A stretch of DNA of 64,000 nt from a virus (lineage: Duplodnaviria; Caudoviricetes). The stretch lies in the IMG/VR virus record IMGVR_UViG_3300032312_001422, positions 64,001 through 128,000 of that record. One strand, written 5' to 3'. A program made the position numbers and the translations under genes. The stretch's first letter is position 1. Each line of letters opens with the position of its first letter. Below the pieces are notes generated by a model. It did no database searches. It was not told where the DNA came from and saw only the letters and a list, made by a program, of their open reading frames with translations. This document shows, in pieces, positions 56,055 to 64,000 of this stretch.

Positions 56055-58346
56055 ATGATCCAACACAATCCAGAAATTGAAATCGTTATTGCCAACGCAA
56101 CCGATACAGCAAAAAGATACAATCACGAATATGTAACCCTAGAACACTTGGCACATGGTTTGGTCAGTTTTAAACCATTTAACGATCTACTGGTTGCCTA
56201 TGGTGCTGATGTTGATTCTTTATTGAATGATCTTGAAGAATATCTCGGCAAACAAACATACATTGGCAACGAGTCAGAAACTGTCAAAGATCCCAAAAAG
56301 ACACACAGCCTTGAGCGTGTGTTCAATCGTGCATTTACACAGGTCCTGTTTAGTGGGCGTAATCATGTGCAGATCATTGATATCTTTTTGAGCATTTCAT
56401 CAGAATCAAACAGCCATGCCAGTTACTTCTTTATCAAGTACGGAATGGATCGAGGACACATGGTGGACTTCTATAACGAAAACTATGTGGAGACCAAAGG
56501 ACGTCGTGTAAGCCCCAATGTTCGGTCGGATGAAATTCTCAAAGAATACTGTGAAAACTTGAACGTGGCTGCCAAAGAAGGCAAGATTGATCCTGTGGTG
56601 GGACGTGAGTTTGAACTGGAAGAAATTGCACAAGTACTTGCCAAGCGTAACAAATCAAATGTGTTAATGGTTGGCGATGCAGGTGTGGGTAAAACTGCCA
56701 TTGCTGAAGGACTAGCACGTAACATCAATGATGGTTTTGTGCCTGAGTACTTGCGTGACTATGTGGTCTACAACTTAGACATTGCCAGTTTGCTAGCAGG
56801 GTCCAAGTACCGCGGCGAGTTTGAAGAAAAGTTCAAAGACGTTATTGGCGCACTACAGGCCAAGGGCAAGTGTATCTTGTTCATTGACGAAGCACATCAA
56901 ATGCGTGGTGCTGGATCAGGCAGTAACAGCTCAGTGGACTTTGCCAACATGATCAAACCGGCCTTGAGCAAAGGTCAACTAAAAGTTATTGCCTCAACAA
57001 CCTGGGAAGAATACACACAGAGCTTTGAAAAAGATCGTGCTCTGATGCGTCGTTTCTGCAGAATGACCATTGAAGAACCCACTATCCCAGTGGCTAAAGA
57101 AATCTTGCGTGGCCTGCGTGAATACTTTGAAAAGTTCCACGGTGGTAGTATCAGTGACGAAGCCATTGATGCCGCAGTAGAACTAAGTGTACGCTATCAA
57201 CCAGATAAAAAGCTACCAGACAAAGCCATTGACCTGATTGATACTGCTGCTGCTAGATTAAAAATCAATGCGTTGAGCTGGACTGTGCGTAAAAATCACA
57301 TTGTGGACATTATCAGTAAGTTTACAAAAATTCCTGCAGAACAGATTGGTAGCGAAAGCACCAAGACTCTGGTAGACCTAGAACAAACAGTCAAATCCAA
57401 ACTGTACGGACAGGATCAAGTGGTTGAAACTGTGCTAGAAAAGATCTATGTTGCCCGTGCCGGACTCAAAGCAATGAACAAGCCCATTGGTAACTTCTTG
57501 TTTTTAGGACCAACAGGTACAGGCAAGACAGAACTTGCCAAACTGTTGGCCGAAGGCATGGGAATGAAACTGCTACGCTACGATATGAGTGAGTATCAAG
57601 AGAAACATGCACTGGCCAAGTTAATTGGTGCTCCTCCAGGCTATGTGGGCTACGATGATAGCAATCTAGGCGGCGGTATGTTGATCAGCGATATTGAAAA
57701 AAATCCCAACTGTATTATCTTGTTTGATGAAGTAGAAAAAGCTCACCCAGATGTGACCAATATTTTGCTACAGTTGATGGACGAAGGTACTATTACTTCA
57801 AGCAATGGTAAGAAAGCAGATGCCCGCAACGCTATTGTTATTCTTACCAGCAACTTGGGTGCCGCAGACAATGAAAAGAACAACATTGGCTTTGGACGTG
57901 AATTACAAAAGTCTACCGAAGATGACAAGGCAGTCAAAGATTTTTTTAAACCCGAATTCCGTAATCGTTTAGATGGTATTTGCAAGTTTAATAAATTAGA
58001 CACAGTGAGTATCAAGAAGATTGTGGCCAAGTTTATCAACGAAGTCAATGAGTTGTTGAGTGAGAAAAGTATCAAAATACGCCTTACAGAAACAGCAGTA
58101 GAGCACTTGGTTGAAGTTGGCTACGACAGCAAAATGGGTGCTAGACCCTTGGGACGTAAGATTAGTGACTTGATCAAAGTGCCCTTGAGTAAAAAGATCT
58201 TGTTTGAAAACATTCCGGCCAATACTGTGATTGAAGTAGATTGGACTGAAGAAAAATTTGAATTTACAGCAGTAGACACGTTTACAGCAAACGTACCAAC
58301 AGTGGACAAAGATGGATACATCATTCTGGATTCAGTGCAATCCTAA
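56055..58346 (+). CDS. clpA: ClpA ATP-binding subunit
   Basis: N-domain HEYVTLEHL; GDAGVGKT and GPTGTGKT Walker A motifs; GAPPGYVG; IGF loop (NIGFG). Confidence 0.93.
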   Translation: MIQHNPEIEIVIANATDTAKRYNHEYVTLEHLAHGLVSFKPFNDLLVAYGADVDSLLNDLEEYLGKQTYIGNESETVKDPKKTHSLERVFNRAFTQVLFSGRNHVQIIDIFLSISSESNSHASYFFIKYGMDRGHMVDFYNENYVETKGRRVSPNVRSDEILKEYCENLNVAAKEGKIDPVVGREFELEEIAQVLAKRNKSNVLMVGDAGVGKTAIAEGLARNINDGFVPEYLRDYVVYNLDIASLLAGSKYRGEFEEKFKDVIGALQAKGKCILFIDEAHQMRGAGSGSNSSVDFANMIKPALSKGQLKVIASTTWEEYTQSFEKDRALMRRFCRMTIEEPTIPVAKEILRGLREYFEKFHGGSISDEAIDAAVELSVRYQPDKKLPDKAIDLIDTAAARLKINALSWTVRKNHIVDIISKFTKIPAEQIGSESTKTLVDLEQTVKSKLYGQDQVVETVLEKIYVARAGLKAMNKPIGNFLFLGPTGTGKTELAKLLAEGMGMKLLRYDMSEYQEKHALAKLIGAPPGYVGYDDSNLGGGMLISDIEKNPNCIILFDEVEKAHPDVTNILLQLMDEGTITSSNGKKADARNAIVILTSNLGAADNEKNNIGFGRELQKSTEDDKAVKDFFKPEFRNRLDGICKFNKLDTVSIKKIVAKFINEVNELLSEKSIKIRLTETAVEHLVEVGYDSKMGARPLGRKISDLIKVPLSKKILFENIPANTVIEVDWTEEKFEFTAVDTFTANVPTVDKDGYIILDSVQS

Positions 58347-59043
58347 AATCACAGTAGATCATACTACCAAAAAGTTTTACGGCAAATTTCTATACAAGTT
58401 AGTTGTATACTGTCCTGCAGGACGCTTGATCGATGCCAAGGGACCAATGGATACAGCACTTGAACATCGTCGAACTGTGGTAAAGAATATCAATCACGGC
58501 GGTTGGTGGGGACGTAGAACCAACACAGACTTAGAAAATGCCGATGTTGAGTTTTTGACCATGCTGAAAGACGTCAGGCATGATCGAGGCATGGGAATAA
58601 AATTACGAGTAGAAGAACCCATGATTCAAGTTTATGCTGATTCTGAATCAGCATTGCAGACGTTTGTCAATACACATTTTTTAGGCAACCAAAAAAATTA
58701 TGTACGATCAATTTCTGGACCAATAGACTCTGCAGCCGAAGCTGTGTTGAATTCTGGTGCTATTATACGCAAAGAAGACAACGGATACCGGTACAAAATA
58801 ATCTTAAAAGATGGCAGATATACTGCTGAAATTAAACAAAATCTACTGGCTTATTTGGAAAATCAAGGACCGGAACAGGTGCAAATATCAAGTAGTGCCA
58901 GAGTTATGTTGTCTAAAAGCACCGGATATGTTTGGAACTTGTATTTTTATTCCAATGATGTCAATACCATCACTTTCCTTAATTTGATAAGCCCGGGCAT
59001 AGTTTCAAATTATCACGAGCTGGTGGTATTGTCTAATAAATAA
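58312..59043 (+). CDS. hypothetical protein
   Basis: Long ORF overlapping the clpA 3' end. Confidence 0.75.
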   Translation: MDTSFWIQCNPKITVDHTTKKFYGKFLYKLVVYCPAGRLIDAKGPMDTALEHRRTVVKNINHGGWWGRRTNTDLENADVEFLTMLKDVRHDRGMGIKLRVEEPMIQVYADSESALQTFVNTHFLGNQKNYVRSISGPIDSAAEAVLNSGAIIRKEDNGYRYKIILKDGRYTAEIKQNLLAYLENQGPEQVQISSSARVMLSKSTGYVWNLYFYSNDVNTITFLNLISPGIVSNYHELVVLSNK

Positions 59044-59067
59044 TAGCATATTATCAAGGAGCCCGTG

Positions 59068-59232
59068 ATGGCAAAAATGCAAACCGAGACTGTGGTGATT
59101 ACAGTGACCAAATTACTAAAAGATACAGATGCAGAGTCCACTGTTTTAACCGACGATGTGACTGCAAGTTTAGAAGCAGTAGTAACAGAATTGGCAGGTG
59201 CAGGCGCACTTGTTGAAATCCAAAAAGCCTAA
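59068..59232 (+). CDS. 54-aa acidic protein, not in ORF track
   Basis: AAGGAG RBS; TAAATA at 59037. Confidence 0.75.
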   Translation: MAKMQTETVVITVTKLLKDTDAESTVLTDDVTASLEAVVTELAGAGALVEIQKA

Positions 59233-59258
59233 TCAATTAACCTAAAGAGAGTATATCA

Positions 59259-60137
59259 ATGAGCGACAAGAAAATTAGTCAAGATGATGCTGTGGCCTTA
59301 ATCAAAGCTGCAGCAGCCAAACAAAAGCAACAACAAGCGGAGCCACAGCAACAGGCCGGCACACCGTTTGATTTTAAAAAGGTACACCTACATATTGGAA
59401 TCCCTTGTTACGGTGGTATGGTAAGTGAGCCAACTATGACTAGTTTCTTGCGGTTTACCTTGCTGGCTGGACAAGCCGGACTAAATTGGAGTCTAGACAC
59501 CATGGTCAATGAGAGCCTGGTAACTCGTGCTAGAAACAACTTGATGGCCAAGATGATGACCAATAACGAAGCCACACATTTTATGTTTATTGATGCCGAT
59601 ATTCGTTTCCAACCAGAATCAATCCTGAGTATGATTGCTTACGATAAAGAAGTTATTGGTGGTTTGTATCCTAAGAAGGCCCTACCTGTAAGTTATGTTA
59701 TCAATTTGAAAAATGAAACCAAAATTCAAGGCGACATCTTTACAGTAGACACAATGGGCACAGGTTTCTTGTTGTTCAAACGTGATGTATACAAAAAGTT
59801 AATTGCTGCACACCCCGAATGCAAGTATGTGGATGACGTGGGTCTAGGCAAGCAGTACGAGCCAATGATGTATTCAATTTTTGATTGCGAAATTGACGAG
59901 CGTGGACACTATCTCAGTGAAGACTGGTTGTTCTGCAGACGCTGGCAAAAAATTGGTGGCGAGATTTGGGCACACAGCAAGGTGTTGTTGAACCACGTGG
60001 GACACTATGAGTATGCCGGAGACCTAGACAAGATTGCTATTGGCAAGCGTGGTAGTATGGGTATCATTGAAGATACACTGGCTCAACAAGGTGCCAAACC
60101 AGAAATCAAACCCATGGAACCAGCTCCCGGCGCCTAA
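59259..60137 (+). CDS. GT-A fold glycosyltransferase
   Basis: SLVTRARN, MFIDADI (DxD), GTGFLL, YLSEDWLFC. Confidence 0.8.
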   Translation: MSDKKISQDDAVALIKAAAAKQKQQQAEPQQQAGTPFDFKKVHLHIGIPCYGGMVSEPTMTSFLRFTLLAGQAGLNWSLDTMVNESLVTRARNNLMAKMMTNNEATHFMFIDADIRFQPESILSMIAYDKEVIGGLYPKKALPVSYVINLKNETKIQGDIFTVDTMGTGFLLFKRDVYKKLIAAHPECKYVDDVGLGKQYEPMMYSIFDCEIDERGHYLSEDWLFCRRWQKIGGEIWAHSKVLLNHVGHYEYAGDLDKIAIGKRGSMGIIEDTLAQQGAKPEIKPMEPAPGA

Positions 60138-60140
60138 TCA

Positions 60141-60581
60141 ATGACGGAAACTCTACATTTTAAAATTGGTCTTGCTGGCACGTACTGGGCAAAACAACCC
60201 AAGTACAGTATTTTATTCAATGATAAAACATACAATGCAGGTACTATTACAGAGCCCAGTGGGGAAACATTTTATGTGGAGTTTGATGCCGAAGTAGAGG
60301 AAGGTCCTTGTACTTTAAAGATCAGATTAGAAAACAAGGACTGGACTGATACTGTACAAAACGAAGATAAAACAGAGATTGTCAAAGACATGCTGTTGAA
60401 CATTCGTACAGTTGAAATAGATGACATCAACTTGGGCAATTTGATCTATACAAAAACTCAATTTGTTGGGGACGATCCTGCTCGCCCTGTGCTGGACAAA
60501 TGTCAAGATCTAGGCTGGAACGGTGCTTGGATTTTAACATTTGAAAGCCCTTTCTACATTTGGTTGCTTGAAAACATCTAA
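60141..60581 (+). CDS. hypothetical beta-sandwich protein
   Basis: LGWNGAW C-terminal motif. Confidence 0.75.
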   Translation: MTETLHFKIGLAGTYWAKQPKYSILFNDKTYNAGTITEPSGETFYVEFDAEVEEGPCTLKIRLENKDWTDTVQNEDKTEIVKDMLLNIRTVEIDDINLGNLIYTKTQFVGDDPARPVLDKCQDLGWNGAWILTFESPFYIWLLENI

Positions 60582-60607
60582 GATAAATATAGTAAGAGGC
60601 CCTTACT

Positions 60608-62005
60608 ATGTTTATAAATGAATTAGCAGAACGTCGTGTTGTTGTTATTTTTTGTGGAAGATTCCAGCCCTTCCATCGTGGTCACGCAATAGTCTATAAT
60701 AACCTAGTCAGCACATACGGACGTAATAACGTTTATATTGGCACTAGTGGCAAAGTAGACCCCCCAAAAAGCCCTTTTACACTATCCGATCGAATTTATT
60801 TTATGAATTTGATGGGGATTCCTTCTGATCGCATATTACAGTTATCAAATAATTATAACCCTGCGGTAGCAGCAGAAGCATTGGGCATACAAGATCTCAG
60901 CAATACTGTTATGATCTTCCCTGTAAGTCAAAAAGATGTTGACGAAAAGCCTAGTTTATTTGCCCGTGGTACCAACAAAGACGGCTCACCAGCAAAACTA
61001 CAACCGCTACCCGACGATCAACGTCAAATTGAAAGTGCAGACAAACACGCATACATTCAAGTCGTTGACGTAGAGCCATTTGAAGTATTGGGACAATCCA
61101 TTACAGGTGCTACAAGCATTAGAGATTTGTACGGTAAAGCCGATAAAACACAACGCCAACAAATAATCAAAGATTTATACGGCAAATACACAAACGAAGC
61201 AGAAAAGATTATGAATGATAATCTTTTACCATCCGTTGCTGTGGCTCCTACACCATTACCCAACAAAACCAAACTACAAAAAGTCACAGTACCCAAAGAA
61301 GAACCTGTTGCAGAAGCAGTCAGTCATTTTGTTCCTACCCAGACAACCAACAAAAGTGAACACGGTTATTACAAACTGTTGGCACATCGTTACAAAAAGA
61401 ATCCTGGTTTGTTGAGTGCCAAAGAAAAACAAGAACTACATGATTTTGTAAACAGCTTAAAAACTGTTAAAGAAGCTGAACCAGCAAGTGAAAACTTCAA
61501 TCGTGCTGGCAATAATCCGTTACGTGACAAAAATGATTACCATCAAAAACTAGACTATTTACAGAAACAGTTAATGAATCCTGCATTGAGAGACATGCGT
61601 GATCAAATCAACGATAGAATTGCCCAGCTTCAAAAGGCTGCTCGCATGAGTGGTTTTATCAGTGAAGATGCTGGTGGAGTTGGTGTAGTTGCCAGTAAAA
61701 AGCAAGCTCGCGATCCACGATACAGTACAAGTTTGACCAAGGATGTACAACCAGGTGCAATTAAAAAAAGTCTACGTGCTTTTAATTTGGCCGAAGAAGA
61801 TATTGTGTGGGCCCGCAATAGATTGAGCGAAAGCGAATTTGAAAATATGATTCTAGCACACATCAAATATATCGGCCAAGACATTGATGCTATCAAAGAA
61901 CGTATTGCTACAGAAAAGTTGCCGGCGGACTATGTGGCCAAATTAAAACAAAAAATTGCTGATCTTGAGCAACAACGTGTTAAATTGATGTTTGATCCCA
62001 AATGA
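60608..62005 (+). CDS. cytidyltransferase-like (HxGH) domain plus long C-terminal extension
   Basis: GRFQPFHRGH, GATSIR. Confidence 0.8.
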   Translation: MFINELAERRVVVIFCGRFQPFHRGHAIVYNNLVSTYGRNNVYIGTSGKVDPPKSPFTLSDRIYFMNLMGIPSDRILQLSNNYNPAVAAEALGIQDLSNTVMIFPVSQKDVDEKPSLFARGTNKDGSPAKLQPLPDDQRQIESADKHAYIQVVDVEPFEVLGQSITGATSIRDLYGKADKTQRQQIIKDLYGKYTNEAEKIMNDNLLPSVAVAPTPLPNKTKLQKVTVPKEEPVAEAVSHFVPTQTTNKSEHGYYKLLAHRYKKNPGLLSAKEKQELHDFVNSLKTVKEAEPASENFNRAGNNPLRDKNDYHQKLDYLQKQLMNPALRDMRDQINDRIAQLQKAARMSGFISEDAGGVGVVASKKQARDPRYSTSLTKDVQPGAIKKSLRAFNLAEEDIVWARNRLSESEFENMILAHIKYIGQDIDAIKERIATEKLPADYVAKLKQKIADLEQQRVKLMFDPK

Positions 62006-62274
62006 AACAACACCTAATAACCGCCGATGTATATGCTCAGTGGGGTGAAGCTAGTCCAAGCTATAGAATATATGTCAACAATCATTTGTTAACAGAACGT
62101 GATTTTGGTTGGCCCGGACATGAAGTTTTTATAAGAGAAAACATTGTGGTTGATCTCAACCCTGGGGTTCATCGACTGCGTATAGAACAAATAGGCAACA
62201 ACGGCAAGATACAAGTCAAAAACATCACAGTGGACGGAGCACCTTCTACACTTACGTTTACTGTAACAGAATAA
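62002..62274 (+). CDS. small beta-rich hypothetical protein
   Basis: YRIYVNNHLLTER. Confidence 0.75.
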   Translation: MKQHLITADVYAQWGEASPSYRIYVNNHLLTERDFGWPGHEVFIRENIVVDLNPGVHRLRIEQIGNNGKIQVKNITVDGAPSTLTFTVTE

Positions 62275-62298
62275 ATACACTTAACACGGAAAAACACA

Positions 62299-62484
62299 AT
62301 GAAAAGCTCTGAATTTATTAAAACTTTAAAAGAAAATGCATCTGGTGGCGCTACAGGTTCGTCTAGCGTGGCCACTGTCTCTACAGGGCTAGGCGGGGCT
62401 ACTACAGATCTTATTAAGCGTCAAAAGTCCTACAGCAATCAAAAAACTCCAGGCGGCACAGTCAAGGTTAAAAAGGCCAAATAA
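62299..62484 (+). CDS. small putative head protein
   Basis: MKSSEFIKTLKE/NASGGAT leader pattern. Confidence 0.7.
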   Translation: MKSSEFIKTLKENASGGATGSSSVATVSTGLGGATTDLIKRQKSYSNQKTPGGTVKVKKAK

Positions 62485-63089
62485 TGGATAATAATTTTTA
62501 TAAAATTCTTGAATCATTCAAGCGTGTAAACGAAGGCCAAGTGAAACAAATGCTTTGGGATTTGTCCGATCGTATGAGTCGTGAGCAATTTATCAATTAC
62601 ACCACTAGTGAATTGGGCTACGATGCTGATGAAATGGCCGAATTCTGGGACGGTATACATGGTCCAATGGATGATGCCAACGAAGGTACAGAAACTGAAT
62701 GTGGCATACCAATGAGTTTAACAGATAAACTACGTGCTCGTTGGGAACAAACCAAACAAGAAAAAGGTCTACAAGAATACGGTATGACCACAGGCGGAAC
62801 ACAGAACCCTGGCGCACAGGCTACACCAGCTGATCTAGCCAAACAAACCGCTACTGTGCAACAAGGTGTTAACAAATTAAAAAGTGCTGGTGTAAATATT
62901 CCCAGTGGATCACAGGCTGTGCAAAGTCTAATGAAAGATCCTGTCAACGATCCTGTGTCACAGTTGGATAAAAATGTTGATGCTGGACTTGGGCAAGAAG
63001 TACAGAATATTGTGACCAAAGGTCAGCCAAATGATGTAAATCAGTTGGCGGCGTTAATTAAAAAAGTTAATCAGCAAAGTGGAACGTAA
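62484..63089 (+). CDS. putative head/core protein
   Basis: Several (L/V/A)-x-E sites; Gln-rich. Confidence 0.65.
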   Translation: MDNNFYKILESFKRVNEGQVKQMLWDLSDRMSREQFINYTTSELGYDADEMAEFWDGIHGPMDDANEGTETECGIPMSLTDKLRARWEQTKQEKGLQEYGMTTGGTQNPGAQATPADLAKQTATVQQGVNKLKSAGVNIPSGSQAVQSLMKDPVNDPVSQLDKNVDAGLGQEVQNIVTKGQPNDVNQLAALIKKVNQQSGT

Positions 63090-63091
63090 AA

Positions 63092-64000
63092 ATGTTTGTA
63101 TTTGATTTGTTTGAAAAGAAAAAACAAGATAGAGCCGCCGGCAGATTTGTAGGCGGTACTAGCCAAGATGCACGAGTTAAAAATGCTCTCGACAATGCCT
63201 ATCGTGCAGTACCTGCTGCCAAAAGCCCTGAAGAGGCTGCACTTGGATATATCGACATACAAAACAGCTTGAATCAAAAACAAGATCAAGTTCTTGATCA
63301 ACAAACCAAAACAAACCAACAACAAACTCAACAAATCAACGATCTGGTCAACGACATGCGTCGTAAAGAAAAAGACTTTAGAGATCTAAATGCTCAGATA
63401 GCCAGCATGCCCAACGTGACACCACAACAAGCAGCCAAGATGGCACAAGATATTGAAGCTGCACACAGCTCTAACAAAGGCGAACCGGTTGACGTTTCAA
63501 ACGTGGTTGCAAAACAAACAACAGCACAACCTGCTAAAAAAGTTGCTGCTCCTGGTCCAGGTGCCAGTGTATCTCAATTGGCCAACTATCAACAGGCCAA
63601 AGATCAAGGCGCAACTACAGCCAAGGCACCGGCACCAACTCCGCAAGCCGTTACTGCACCGCAAGCCGTTACTGCACCACAAGCCGCTCCTGAGCCTACC
63701 ACATCCAAAGCACTGGGTCAAATGACATCTCAATTGGCAACACCTGGGCGAGTAGTCAGTCCTGCACAACAACTAGCACAGTATCAAGAGCCAGCTGGTA
63801 CCGCCACCTGGGCCGCAAATCAACCCACAGTTGAACCAAAGCCTACAACAGGTGCTGGAAAAGTAAAAGATCTAGGCACAGCAAGACAACAAAAAGCTTC
63901 TAGTTTGCTTTCATTGGTTGGCGACCCTAAAGTTGTAAATCTTAGAGAAACAATTGAATCAACACCGTTCAACAATCAGGTGGCACAAGATAATTTACAA
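63092..64000 (+). CDS. 3'-partial Gln/Ala/Pro-rich protein, not in ORF track
   Basis: MFVFDLFEKK...; open to the window end. Confidence 0.8.
   Translation, partial: MFVFDLFEKKKQDRAAGRFVGGTSQDARVKNALDNAYRAVPAAKSPEEAALGYIDIQNSLNQKQDQVLDQQTKTNQQQTQQINDLVNDMRRKEKDFRDLNAQIASMPNVTPQQAAKMAQDIEAAHSSNKGEPVDVSNVVAKQTTAQPAKKVAAPGPGASVSQLANYQQAKDQGATTAKAPAPTPQAVTAPQAVTAPQAAPEPTTSKALGQMTSQLATPGRVVSPAQQLAQYQEPAGTATWAANQPTVEPKPTTGAGKVKDLGTARQQKASSLLSLVGDPKVVNLRETIESTPFNNQVAQDNLQ
63641..63686 (+). repeat. 18-bp coding tandem repeat
   Basis: CCGCAAGCCGTTACTGCA twice plus a partial copy (PQAVTA). Confidence 0.85.

Noticed and set aside
1-64000. Alternative genetic code (stop-codon reassignment)
   Set aside because: Conserved genes (clpA, ligase, clamp loader, halogenase) are full-length under the standard code, and TAA, TGA and TAG all serve as stops.
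1-64000. Bacterial chromosome or integrated prophage origin, given clpA/P, infA, SOD, MFS and ssrA
   Set aside because: These genes are interspersed with tail, lysis and gp44-like genes and with T4-like late boxes; no integrase, att site or bacterial operon structure.

Overview
This is a 64-kb slice of a large T4-like (jumbo) tailed-phage genome. It is densely coded and almost all on the + strand, with sigma70-type early promoters and TAAATA late-promoter boxes. The host is probably a betaproteobacterium, inferred from the two-piece tmRNA and its ANDEQFALAA tag. From left to right it holds: ClpP, a GNAT, a secreted thermonuclease and putative head-packaged proteins including a large amidoligase; a block of small early genes with an entericidin-like lipoprotein and an unannotated structured RNA (about 9.4-9.6 kb); a late-expressed tailoring cluster (radical SAM/SPASM enzyme, an Asn-Cys-rich substrate-like protein, five 2OG-Fe(II)/cupin oxygenases and a desaturase); a circularly permuted tmRNA with a small membrane-peptide ORF in its intervening segment; a ShiA-like MFS transporter with CmoB-like and CmoA-like SAM enzymes; early and replication genes (DNA ligase, phosphoesterase, a six-member small paralog family, flavin halogenase); IF-1, SOD and an A-type Fe-S carrier; tail and baseplate proteins; a stand-alone DnaE fragment, GroES, clamp loader, PhoH and a PP-loop protein; a lysis cassette (GH19 endolysin, spanins, holin); DnaJ and ClpA; and glycosyltransferase, nucleotidyltransferase and further putative head proteins. 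The best candidate for an undescribed system is the rSAM/SPASM + (NC)-rich protein + oxygenase cluster at 9.9-16.5 kb. All calls come from motif recognition by eye; no searches were run. No tRNA, CRISPR array, integrase or reverse transcriptase was seen.
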